Shown one piece after another: positions 51,576-64,000 of a DNA stretch of 64,000 nt; positions within the stretch are counted from its first letter, which is position 1, and each line of letters begins with the position of its first letter. Both the position numbers and the translations under genes were made by a program. The stretch comes from Balanoglossus misakiensis (Eukaryota; Animalia; Hemichordata). Location: contig CM082594.2 in assembly GCA_040954595.2 (NCBI GenBank), positions 3,271,319 through 3,335,318 of the forward strand. Reading direction: 5' to 3'. The notes below the pieces were generated by a model. That model was given only the letters and a program-made list of their open reading frames with translations, was not told where the DNA came from and did not search any database.

Positions 51576-54500
51576 CTAATCTCTTGTCGCTTCTTCGAAA
51601 AGCTGCGCGATCTCCAACGCCAACAGTCTCATCGACACCCCTTGCAGGTTGGCGAAAATTGCCACCACTACCCCCTGAGGTGTGTTTGAAGTCCGGGTGT
51701 TATTGCTGCCATTCGGCCACTTGTCCTGTGGGGGTGGCGTCGGTAGGATCAACAGCACGCTGCTGGCTCCCACCGCACCTCCTGTGTGGTTGGTGTAGAA
51801 CTGCTGGTACCAGCAACACCCGTGCTTGGCCACCTCCGGGATCACGGACCACCCTAATCCATAGAATGCTTCTGATTTCGCAGAGGCCCTAGCCGACTCG
51901 ACCGCGGTCCACATTGCCTTCATTGTCTCCGGTTTCAGATATCCGGGTAGCTGCTTAGTCGTGGAAATTCCTGGATGAGGGAAACGGGGAAGAAATCTGA
52001 GTGTATGACCAGGGTTGTCCAGAATTTTGCTTGTCTCTTGTTCTGTGGACTTTACTTCAGCTGTAATTTACTCTCTGTGGCAAACACCAGTCCACACAAA
52101 ATTTGGCAAGGCAATTTGGAAGCCAACTGGCCAAACAATCCCTACAATGGATTTTAATCATATTGACTCAAATGTGATGATGGATCTGTTATGATCGCTG
52201 AGTCTGACCATTTGTAAATGTTACTTCACGGGACACAAAGTATCAAAGTAATAATTACTTATGAAAAAATTTAAATTAACAACAAGTTCAATAACAGCAG
52301 CACCTGCAACAACAAAAACCTTCCCACTCTGTGTCCAACCCTCACCTTGTTGAGCGTTATCATACTGGTAGCTATACAGCATGGCGTTGCCAAATTTGGT
52401 TATGTCATGGACATTGGATATAAATCCACCGCCGGCCCATTTGTAGGAGAGATCCACGTATGGGGCATTCACCAGTTTGCCTTTCTTTCTGTTGTAGTAT
52501 CTGCAAACCAAAAATGGAACAATGTGGTTGATGGCTTTTACCAGGTAGTCTGATTACAAAGGCAACTTTTAAAAATGTGATATTCTAGTGTTATTTTATA
52601 TTTCACAGATCATCATCATCATCATCACCACCGTCACCATCATCATCATCATCATCATCACCACCACCACCATCCCCATCACCTCCATCATCATTTTTTT
52701 CACCTTGCCCTGTTGTAAATCAAACATTCGTGTTCATCTGGGGCTGTGTTGTGCAATCCAAGCTCTTTAAAGATGTGTTTCATGTGTGGTATGAACTTCT
52801 CCTTTGATACCGCTTCCACCACAGCACTGATCAATGTATACCCGTGAGTGGTGTACTTGTGTTTTGTTCCTGTAGATGAGTGGTTGGTTGGGTGATTGAG
52901 AGAGGAAAGGGTTAACTAATGCTTTGGAGATTCACTTGCCTGGAAACAGGAAAAGTATTGAATTTTTTTAATGCATGGTTTACCACATATGCATGCATGA
53001 ATATGTCACTACATGTATTGCTATCATGTGTGAATAATCAGTGTTTACCATTTATTCATTTTGGCGAGATTTTTACTCTCATATTCTACAAACGGGATGG
53101 AAGTTGTGTGTGGTGGAACATTGATTCACTATTCATCCACATGTAGAATAACATGAACAGTGTCTTGTATCAAACATAATTGATGGGAAAATGGCAGCGA
53201 GAGAGAGACTTTGTCCCTTTAAACTGTAGCTTCTCGTAGAGTCTGGTGGCATTACCTGTGTTGCTTTACCTGGTTTATGTAAAAGTGGGTCATCCTGGAA
53301 CAACTTCAATGCATCTGTCACAGAGTCATATTTCTCCTTGATGTAAAATTCAGGAATATTATCCTCTGATTCATCATCTTCATCTTTCTTTCTGGTTTTC
53401 TTCTTTTCCTTAGATTTATCTTGCTTTATTGCACTACTCTCGGGTTTCTCTGGACTTTCATCGTCTGTTGACAAATCTTTTCTCAAAATGCGTCTTTCTT
53501 TGTTATCGTTGTCTTGACGACCAACTTCAACTGCGCCTTTTTCTTCACTTTGAGCAGATTCACTCGTCTTGTCAACAGTGTCTTTGTCTTTCGTCTTCAT
53601 GTACTTTTTGTCGTAATTTCTAATGCCACTGAGATGGGAAAGTAACTGCCTTGTTGTTATGGAGACCTGAAAGAAAATGTTGATAAAAAACATGATGTTG
53701 CTATATGTACACGGTAACCTGAGATGACTCTCTCTTAAAAATGAGAATAAAAAGTGCAGGGCACTTTGCAAAGATTTGAATCAGCGAGCAACATTGTCTC
53801 AAAATTTGAAATTCAAAATGGACACCAATCACTGCCATTTGTAGTATATGAGAGTAATAATCTTGCTAAATGAATAATTGGTAAACACCGATTATTCATT
53901 TTGGCGAGTTTTTTCATTCTCGTGTCTACAAGTGGGATGGAAGTTGTTCCATTAATTATGTTTGATACAAGATACCGTTTATGTTATTCTACATGTGGAT
54001 ATATAGTGAATCAATGTTCGACCACACAATTTAATGAAAATCTGTCCATGAAGTACATACAGACCTTTAAGTTTAATACTTTTTTCTTGCAATGGTGATG
54101 AGAGACTCCAACACATTATGAATACAATTTTCTTTGCAAAGTGTCACCTTTTCTCCTTTGAATGTCTTCTCTGGGAAACTGGGCAGGTAGTCCTGTATTG
54201 GTGCATCCAGATTTAGTTTCCCTTCTTCTATAAGTCGAGCCACTGCCACCATGGTTAGTGGTTTGCTGATGCTGGCTATTCTCATCATGGTTTTGCTGTG
54301 GCATCTCACTCTGTTCTCAACGTCTGAGTAGCCAATACCTGGACACCGTGTGCAGAAAGAATGAGAAAGATTGGTCCATACTAGGCTGAAAGATTCAGTT
54401 GTGTGTGGGCGTTCTGGTATGCCTGTGACCCTTTACACCATTGCTGGAGCGCCCGCACAGGACTGAATCTTTCAGTCTTGATACATACCGGAAAGAATGA

Positions 54501-55698
54501 TTTGAGGTTTTAAAAGGAAGCAGCTGAGCAAATGAATAGAAAGGTTGATTAGGCAATTTTGCATAGCATTGCTGGGGGGATTGACCTATAGCCTTACTTG
54601 ACAGTGACCATGAGACGACCTTAGACATCACAGTAAATAGACTAAGATTGCACATGCAGCAGTGTTCTCCCCAGGGCAATTAAAGTCTAGTGGCCACCAC
54701 TCTTTAATTTTGAGGAGACTATAATAGAAATTAAGTAACATGAAAAGTGTTTACATTGTTATGCAAATTGGCTGCCATGCTTTCCAAAAATCCTGGGGAG
54801 AACACTGTGCAGCCACATGATAAAGCTGTGTTTTAGCAGCTGTCCACCAATTGTGTATATAAAACCACAGTCCCTCTGTGAGACAGAAGGGTCTGTGGTA
54901 AAACATTCTACAAATACCTGTGCACCAGATTTCCTTGCCATCTACAGTGACTGCTATTGACATGCCAGGGATACCCAATTCATCCTGAAAATAATTTTAA
55001 GTTCAATTTGTCAGTCTCTCTCTATAAAAGGGTTACTGAAAATGTATGTGATATTTACCAAAGAAATATCAGGATGCACTTGATACAGTTTTTCTGTTTT
55101 ATGCAAACACAACAAAAAATCATACCCCTCAAATAAACAGACAAACATAGTTTGAGACACATGATTACAATTTGCAGTATTTCACACGAAACGAAAGTTT
55201 TAACAACACATAAACAAGTAATGTACACAAAAAATACCTATAAGGAAAATAACAACAGCAAGGCAAATAACCAAAATAGTACAATAATCACACAGTTTCA
55301 AAAGAAACCAAATACTATTACATCATCATGTGTACCTTTTTCTTTCTTAGACAGTCTTTTGCTTTTCTGATAGCCGCTTCTACTTTTTGTTTGCGATCTC
55401 GGGTAGTGGTGGTCAAATGTTCGCTGACGTCTACACGATCGTCTTTTGTGACTTGTTCTTCGCAGATGACTGTGCGTGTACTCTCCCGGGGACGGACGTA
55501 CAATGCAAGAGATACCATGCCCATTCCTGCTGCGAAGCCAGAAACTGCAGCGTACCCGGTGTTTATTTTTCCGCCGCCGGTTGATTTGCCGGTGGAGTGA
55601 CCTGAGAAAGGTCGTCTCTTTGCGGCGAAGTACGGCCTTCCATTGAAGATCAGTGCCAAGCGTCGAACGGTAGATTTAAAGGGGTTTAAATGTGCCAT
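51576..55698 (-). CDS. LACTB: Serine beta-lactamase-like protein LACTB, mitochondrial
   Basis: Exons 55698-55336, 54984-54918, 54338-54148, 53666-53270, 52869-52704, 52500-52346, 51970-51576. Arg-rich presequence, MRIASISK (SxxK), QLLSHLSGIR, YTTHGY, YKWAGGGF, HTGGAVGASSVLLI. Confidence 0.94.
52608..52694. repeat. (CAT/CAC)n microsatellite
   Basis: Direct reading; intronic. Confidence 0.9.
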
Positions 55699-56077
55699 GT
55701 TTTGGCTAAGTGGTACAGGGAAACGCCAAGTGATCTTGAATGAATGAATGAATGAAAGATGGATCGGGCGCAATCAGCTGGTAAGCGAAGCCATTCTTCT
55801 TCTCAGCCGCATCAAAAACAGCGCCGCTTGTGGCGAAAACGTGCGAGGAAAATACCCTAGCCCCATGAAAATTTGCTTGTATAAATATATCTATTTTTTG
55901 CGAGTTTTATTCAAGAAAGTCGATGTTACTGGTTTGAAACACATTAATATTCCTATTTGCAAAGCCAGAATTACTACAAGTAAAAAGAATAATGTGTAGT
56001 GACGTGAGATTGACAGCTTGTAAAATTACCACTAAGTTAGGGTGTCTTGTTTAACCTTTGACTTTTAAAAGTCGACG
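55699..56077. promoter_or_regulatory. Putative bidirectional promoter region between LACTB and RFK
   Basis: Divergent start codons are only ~380 bp apart. Confidence 0.6.
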
Positions 56078-59000
56078 ATGATACGAGCACTTCCGCTGTT
56101 TCGAAGCTCATTCCTTGTTCGACAGTTCGCGTCACAGGTCGTGAAAATGAAGATGCCGCTGCCTTATTTCTGTAGAGGGGAAGTCATCAAAGGCTTTGGG
56201 AGAGGAAGTAAAGAGCTAGGAATTCCAACAGGTACTGTATTCTATGGAGATTGTCGGGCATGATGGCCGAGATGTCGAATAAGGCCAAGGCCCCGGGTAT
56301 GAAATTCCGGTCACGTTTCGAGGTGACCGGTCATCGTGTGATCGTATTTGTAGACAATTGTACGTCCAAGTACTACGCCTGCGGCGAGTCGAGTAGTGCG
56401 GATATCAAAATCATGAATGACCGTACCGATCTGTTATCAAAAGACACCTTAACGTACATGTGGCAGTTCGAGATCGAGTTTTTCTTTGCTGAATTCTCTT
56501 GACAAAGGTGTTTTTGAGTACCATGGTGACTTGAGACCCCCACGAAAACGGTATTCAAAACCACCAGTGGCTGTAAACAAACATCTACTGTAACGTACAC
56601 TGTCTAGACCTGGTTGGTATGTAGCTGGTCCACAGCACTGGCATTTTCTGGTAGCCCTGTGTCGTTTATGGCGGATTTTTCGCAATGGTTATTATAATAT
56701 GCCTTGCCTACTGTTGACATACACATGATATTATGGATATTGTTAAAACATAAATCATATAATAGGCCATAAAGATACAGGACCACCAGAAAAGTGTCAA
56801 CAGGAGAGATATGGCACTACGTCCGCGTGTAAACTGGGTAGTCACTGTGACTAGTCTGAAATCCAGACTGGTGCCTCTTTTCGCTTTGTAAGCCCAGCGG
56901 AAAAAAACACATGCCAGTCTTGCTGCAGTTTGCAGCCCCTCCATCTCCCCTGGACGATTTTTGGTTTTGCGGGGAGAGGGCGGGGCTGCAGGTCCCAGCT
57001 ATTCTAAACCGCATAACGAGCGACCGGGATTAGGGCCCGGAGCGAACTTCTACACTCCAGACGTCTCCAGTCCACAATTTTCCACAAATTTTTCGCCAAA
57101 TCGGTCCCGGAACCCATTCAGCGCTTACCTGGCAAAGGATGTCGCGGTATTTGTCGATTTTGCCTACGTTTTCCCCAGTTATTCAACTTCGATCGTCAAT
57201 GGGTTTCAAAACAGCCGCCATCTTGACTTGTATATTTCATGGGTCAAGTATACAAGTCAAGATGGCGGCTGTTTTGAAACCAATTGACGATCGAAGTTGA
57301 ATAACTGGGGAAAACGTAGGCAAAATCGACAAATACCGCGACATCCTTTGCCAGGTAAGCGCTGAATGGGTTCCGGGACCGATTTGGCGAAAAATTTGTG
57401 GAAAATTGTGGACTGGAGACGTCTGGAGTGTAGAAGTTCGCTCCGGGCCCTAATCCCGGTCGCTCGTTATGCGGTTTAGAATAGCTGGGACCTGCAGCCC
57501 CGCCCTCTCCCCGCAAAACCAAAAATCGTCCAGGGGAGATGGAGGGGCTGCAAACTGCAGCAAATGCCAGTCCGGATTCCAAACTAGTCGGTGACAGTCC
57601 TATGCCACTGATTAATGTGTACACTCACGGCTACTCGTGACCGTGGTACACTTTTGGGGAAGAGTGTTGTGTAACCGATGTAACAGTGATTATTATGAAG
57701 GTTTGATATGCACACACTTTGACCTGCAAGCTAAAATCGAGATAGTACTATTGGTAGCAACTTGATAGGTGTGTGGGTCATTTTGCCAGGCAGGAAGTAC
57801 AGCACACTTCAGACTAATGTGTCAATTAGCCTAGTTGTCTTTTTATTGTGTCACCAAAGGTGTATCTCCTTCTTGGGTATCAAGTGTTTAACACCTATTG
57901 TCCACTTATTGTTCACAGACAAAAGTTGTGTACATTGTTTAGGGCATGATCCATCCTGTTCTGTTGTTTCAACAGGGGTATCAGTTTTAGATCAGAGAGT
58001 AAACAATAGACTGATAACAGTGCCTTCTGAGTCTTGAAGCCCTACAATGGGATTTTGTTTATGTTTACCTTCTGTAGGTGTAGCTTTGAAGTTTGCTCAA
58101 AATACCAGTAACCAATACATAACAGGGATGGTTTGCCTCTTATTAGCCAATTTTGAAATCATCACTCAACAACAGAAAACAGTTCTAACTGTTATAACCT
58201 AGTTTTCATTTGTATATGTGACTGTTTTACACGAAAAGATTACTAATACATAAAAATACATCTCACTGTGCCTGTGCTGGCATGTTTTTTTTTGAGCTGC
58301 ACAGGGACATGTGTGTTAAAGTATTTGTTATGCAGAGCTGACCTTTCGATTCCAAATGAACAGTTCTATAAGCAGACAAAGTTATTTTTTGTTTGTTTCT
58401 ATAAAAATGCTCATATCAAGAAACATCACATGCCTGTAATACCTTGGGATAGAAAAACTTAAAATCTCCAGGAAGACTCACCAAAAATCTAACTTTGGTT
58501 CAAAAACTTCAAGTATGACATGTGTGAGACATGTACTGGTGTCAAAAGGTCATGTCTATACAGCCACTCAAGGCTGGGTCTATGGTGGACACTGAGCTAA
58601 TAAACTCGCATGACCAGAAAGATAATGTGTAGTTTGGAGAATTAGACAAAAGACATGTACTGTAATTTGTTCTGTGGGTAGCAAGTAAATACCGAAGCCC
58701 TTGGAATGTACAATTATTCCCCTGGTGTGATCTCACATTTCATGTTTTCTGTACAAAATGAGATGTAGTACGAAACAGTACATAGTTCTCTTCATTGGAG
58801 CCCAGGTGGGTGGTGATGCATAAACCAAGTTGTTCTGACCCTTTTTGACACGGCGGCCATAAACTTGGAGAAATTTGTCTTTGTGGAACATGTCTCAATA
58901 ACTCTGCAGTTAAACTGTATCATTCTCCGTGTTTCGGCTATTATCTAATCTTGCACATCTTTGCGTTTTGCAGCAAATTATCCAGAAGATGTGGTGGAAC

Positions 59001-60044
59001 ATTTACCTGAAGGCATTACCACGGGTGTGTACTATGGTTGGGCGTGTGTTGACCACGGAGAGGTGCATAAAATGGTGATGAGTGTAGGCTGGAATCCATT
59101 TTACCACAATAGGAAAAAGTCTATGGTGAGTGTTGTTATTTTCTATGTTAATATTGTTTGTAGGATATGAGAGTAAAAATCTCGTCAAAATGAATACATG
59201 TAAATGGTAGGGACCGATTATTCATTTTGTGAGTTTTTCACTCTCATGTCTACAAGTGAGATTGAAGTTGTGTGTGGTCGAACATATATCCACATGTAGA
59301 ATAACATAAACAGTGTCTTGTACCAAACATATTAATGGAAAAAGGGCAGCGAGAGAGAAGTTCAGTTGGCTATTGCCCAAAACTTGCCTTTTTGTGCACT
59401 AGTTTTATCGGGTGTTGGATCATACGGACTTTGAATAAATTGCTGAATGACTCTGAATTTCAGGAAACACACATAATGCACAAATTCAAGGAAGATTTCT
59501 ACGGCTCCAATCTCAGCATTATAATGGTTGGGTATATCCGAGGAGAGGAAGATTTCAAATCATTAGGTGAGTTGTCTTCTAACTGTCATAGTTTTGTGTT
59601 CTGAGAGTTGTATATTGTGGTTTGTGGAATACACATGATGGGAAGAGGGGATACACTTGATGTAGAATCATCGCAAATTGTGCAGATGAGTTGGGTTCTC
59701 TGAATACGTGTAGTGCAGTATTTGAAGGGGCAGCAGTTCTGATATTGGCTGACCTCGAGGAGTTTTCACTGATTGAGATGTTGACTACAGTACTATGAGT
59801 CCAAACTGAAAGTAGTTCAACATTTGACCACTTGCTGCCTCCACCTTTGATATCTTGGTTAATCGGTGACCCTTTTCTCTTTTGTGTTACAGATGATCTT
59901 ATAGAAGCCATACAATCTGACATCGCAGAAGCATATCAACAATTAGACAAAGAAGAAAACAAAACGTTAAAGTATTCCGATTTCTTCAAGCCCGGAAAAA
60001 TTCTACCTAAAGCAGAGACACAGAAAACAGACTCGCAACTATAG
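56078..60044 (+). CDS. RFK: Riboflavin kinase
   Basis: Exons 56078-56231, 58974-59125, 59464-59566, 59893-60044. Motifs [71 protein letters not shown]. Confidence 0.95.
56850..57590. mobile_element. Foldback element in RFK intron 1: 315-bp near-perfect arms with a 14-nt loop
   Basis: Arms 56920-57234 and 57249-57563; only one mismatch seen by eye. Imperfect outer termini ACTAGTCTGAAATCCAGACTGG / CCAGTCCGGATTCCAAACTAGT. Confidence 0.88.
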
Positions 60045-62305
60045 AAGTGAATTTTAGAACATTTTTGAATGCATGTTTTATTGTGAAGAGTGATGGATTT
60101 TACAAATCAGGCTGCTGTGTGTGAGAAAAGATTTATCAAACAAACTTCTTCAATGGCAGCCATCTTGGAATGGGCAGTCTGGGAAAATCATTGAAGCCAT
60201 TGATTTACATTCTATCCAGGAAGGGGCAAGCATTATCAAGTTATATGATACCCTTTGGCCGTCAAGAAATGGTTTAGATGGAGTGTTGATCAACAGTTTT
60301 TGTTTGAGCCGGATTTTTTAAATATTTTAACAGTATTCCTGACAGTGAAAAAATTGCTGTTACTCAGACTTGAATTTTGATGGTTGTTTGATTCAGAGCA
60401 CAGCGAGTGCCCTGTTTCAGAATAACAGAAAAGATGACTTTCTCATTCAGATGAAATGCCCAGGGGCCTGTTCAGACTCAGGTTGGGTAAATCTTTCCTC
60501 AGTGTGGTGCTCTGCAGCTACGGTGGAGGCAAATTACAATATTTTGAAAACATGAACAAGGTAATGCGTCAGTCATACATCTCTGTTCATGAAGTGCAAT
60601 ACATACTTGAAACAAAATTTCTGTAAACAGGGCAAACTTGACTGTTACCCGGAATCGTCTTTTCAAATACTAAAATGAGCTGCATTGTATTTTATAGGTT
60701 TCTATTTTTTAAAGAAAGTGTCGTCAGTCAGCCGTAAAAAATATGTACACCAGTAGATTATCATGAAACATGAAAGTACTCAATACAAGATCCAAGGCAC
60801 ACACCATCATGGGAGACTGTTGGTATGGATTATACATAGTAATTGTTTTGGAATTTTAGGACGATTCTCTGCACCAGAAGTGTTGAAAAAAAATCTGTAT
60901 ATGATTAGACATTCATGTTTTATAGTACCGGTAGATGTTTTAATTGGAGTGGTGTTGTGTTTGATCATTGATATACATGTAAACTGAAACCCCTCACTCA
61001 AATAGAGAAAGGACATTTTATACATTTGTCTTCACAGACCCGAAAACATTCCTGATTGTTCACATCAATGTGTATTTATTGTACAGTTAAATAACCCTTT
61101 GCACTCTGAACCCCAGTGACTTTTGATGCTTTTTGAAAGTTTAGCAGCAGAGATTCTTTCCCTGTGTGGGCCAATCTGACAGTAGCCTTTCCATAGGAGG
61201 GCGCCCTCAGGTGATGGCTTTTGACATAGAGCGCCCTCATCTGAAAAAAAACTTTCGTTTTGGTGAGATTGTTCCGCAGAAGAAGCAGATCTGCTCAAAA
61301 TTTTAATACAACATGTAGTTGTTTTTAATTTTTTTTTCTTCCGTCGTTTTAAACTTTATGGTTCTATTTGCGAAGGAAATGAAATACACACAACTACTGG
61401 AGGCTGTACTCAGTCGGAGAGATTTTTACAACAGGGCATCTAAGATATGTTTACTTTAATTTGTACTGATTGGGGTCATTTTCTCAATTCTTAGTATTGG
61501 ATTTATTTGAAGGTTCAAGTACTGTGCCTGGGAACCATTTCTGTAGGTGTCTCTGTCTCAGTCTGAAAGCTGCAACTTTTCATAAGAAGCCTAATAGATC
61601 TACCTGTCCCTTTAATTGAGCAATTAAACTTACCTCAACTGATGACATCTTCAGTTGGTATTTTTCAACACTAAGTTCTTTGCTAATATTTCTTGACCTG
61701 GAATTGTGACCTTAGATATGACGTTAAAATATTCCTTCTAGACTCTTCACCATTCCTATGCATGGCAGAATCCATAAGCTCGTAGATGTACTATGAAGTT
61801 TCTCGGCCAGCTTTGTTTTCACAATGTTTGGCGTGATAACAACGTGTACATATTCTTCGAACTTTATTTTTGAGTTTTGTAGGCCAAATATATTCGCATA
61901 ATGAACGAACACTACTTGGAATATTGTTCGTAAACATTCTATAGGAAGCCTCTCTAATATGCAAAATCTAAAAAAAGATAACCAGACTAAAACGATAATC
62001 AATGTCTCCAGATTGACCTATTAGTCAATTTTAACCACGGGTTCAGCGCACCTTTGAGCGGTGACAAATACGTTGATTTATTTCCCTTCATAGCGGTTTG
62101 TATACGTTAACAGGACAAGGGGCCACTAAGCGCGATATCTTAGTTCTGTTGCCTTAGTTTTAAAAAAATATCGTGAAAATTATAAAACTACACTCCAGGC
62201 GATTTGTGTGATTAATGGAGACCAGCAGAGGGCAATGAGAGGAGTCGAAAACAGACGCGCCGACATTTTGTTATTAACGTCCTCCGTTTGTGTTCATTTT
62301 CCGCG

Positions 62306-63949
62306 ATGGTTGTGGTGTGGTGCCGCCGCGCAACGGTAATATTGTTAATAGCTCTACTGTTAGCTTGCATGAACGGCGTGCATTCCTCCGTTGGGCGGTC
62401 GGCGGGTGACACTGGACCGCCGTGTTTGCCAGGTAAGCGTGTATTTTAGACCTTTCATCGCACAAACGGCTACATTCAGTAAAACTATGCATGTATGACT
62501 CGCACCTACTATGAAAACCGGTCGGGTCCAATCGCTGGGAAGATTGGAATAATGATCCGTACGGAAAATAAAGTGTAAGAATAAAAAGACATTACAACTA
62601 GCGCTTTGCTTGATTGCATTATTATCTGAACAAGGAAATTCCACGGAAATATTTTCACCGTATAGTTATTTCCTTCTATCCTGAAGCCACGCGAATTTTC
62701 CGTCTTGATATAAAATATTTACAGTATAATCGATTTTTCCTTTGACCATGTGGGCCATGGATTGTCCAATTTCCGTAGAGTATACTCATAATATAGTGAG
62801 ATGCCTAGCATACTTCATTTTACGAATATTTAACACACCAGAATGATCTATGACCCTAACGGGGGTCACTGCTCGGAGTACTACACTACTGGTGAAAGAA
62901 GGCATACTATTTTATTCGAAATTTACGACTAGTATCTCTAGCCATGAGCTGTCCCCTGAAATCTCTGCCATGGTAACGGATGATAAGTATCACATAAATC
63001 AAAACGTGAAAGTGGTTAGTTACAATCGGTCTGATTGATCATTTAAACGGCATTAATATATCAAGTGTTTTTGTAAATGCAATTTGTTTGACCACGTGGT
63101 ATGGATTGTAGTTTCCTCGTGGCAGCTCTGAATAAATGTCAAAAGTAAAAAAAAATATCCCAACCAATTAGAAAGTTTTGATAATATCAGAGTATAAGTA
63201 TATACACTAATTTATATGTAAATAACGTTTTTCCTGATAACTATACTCCTTTAATTTATATTGTCAAAATCCCCCCTCCCCCAAGGACACTGCGACCCGC
63301 CCTGCCAAAATGGCGGTGATTGTTATCGATGCGATGAAGAACCCCGATGTACACTTTGCCCCGAAAACTGGCTCGGAAGTATATGCATCAAAAACGGTGG
63401 TAGGTGGATATAGGGACATCTGAAATCAATGAAGGAATGCGTCGAGGTGCACTGAGAAATTAATTTCTCACGCACGATGGCGCTACATAGTTTTGCCTAT
63501 AACTTTGCTCATAGTAAACTATACGTATCAGCAAACTGAGAGATATAGAGTTAATTTCCTAAATACTGTTAAAAAAATGTTTGGATGAGTTAGTCTCGCA
63601 AGACGTCATTTGTAACTGTCACTCTTAAATTATAATATGATTTTCCTGCTTGAAACTCAAAGATGTTATAAATAATTGATAAGATCTTCCATTTGACGAA
63701 ACAGGCGAGAAATAAAAACAGAAAGTTGTGAAAATGTGTACTGGGAACATATTTCTGGAAAGTTTTCTGCAACGTCATTATATTGTTTTGTTTTATATTT
63801 TGCTCACTTGTTTTGAAATTTTTTTACAGTAAAAGTTTTACATGGCTTCGGTATCGAAGCTTATACCTCAACGACCGAAGTTTCAACGAGGGAGGGAACA
63901 ACGACTGTAAATGGAACAAGGCCGACATGGTTTACTACAACACGAGAAG
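62306..63949 (+). CDS. 5' part of a secreted or membrane protein with signal peptide, EGF-like domain and Thr-rich stalk (continues beyond the window)
   Basis: Exons 62306-62432 (MVVVWCRRATVILLIALLLACMNGVHS...CLP), 63286-63399 (GHCDPPCQNGGDCYRCDEEPRCTLCPENWLGSIC), 63830-63949 (...TSTTEVSTREGTTTVNGTRPTWFTTTRE). All are phase 1 with GT-AG. None appears in the ORF track. Confidence 0.75.
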
Positions 63950-64000
63950 GTACAAGCATTCAAATGTACCGTTTGCAAAACGGACCGGCTTTCATGTCGG

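Noticed and set aside
51576-55698. Beta-lactamase motifs as bacterial contamination or a resistance gene
   Set aside because: This is the seven-exon spliced metazoan LACTB.
56961-57624. Mirror ORFs of 108 and 126 aa
   Set aside because: By-products of the intronic inverted repeat.

Overview
Eukaryotic genomic DNA that is AT-rich and full of introns. It looks like a marine invertebrate deuterostome (hemichordate- or echinoderm-like), but that is an impression, not something demonstrated. Gene models were built by hand from splice sites and exon phases. In order: last exon of a frameshifted, catalytically dead trypsin-like homologue; two tandem CAP/SCP (GLIPR1/CRISP-like) paralogues, one with a GPI-like C-terminus and one a long CAP-EGF-ShKT-EGF-juxtamembrane-TM receptor-like protein; arginase; a minus-strand cytosolic sulfotransferase with a GC-AG intron and an antisense two-Apple/PAN-domain gene nested in its first coding intron; a 2.6-kb non-coding foldback transposon with ~0.92-kb minisatellite-bearing TIRs and a 6-bp TSD; single-exon GH31 MYORG; a CPYT glutaredoxin; LACTB head-to-head with riboflavin kinase, whose intron carries a 315-bp-arm hairpin; and the 5' part of a signal-peptide/EGF/Thr-rich gene. 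Several MITEs and microsatellites are also present. No rRNA, tRNA, CRISPR array or autonomous transposase was seen.
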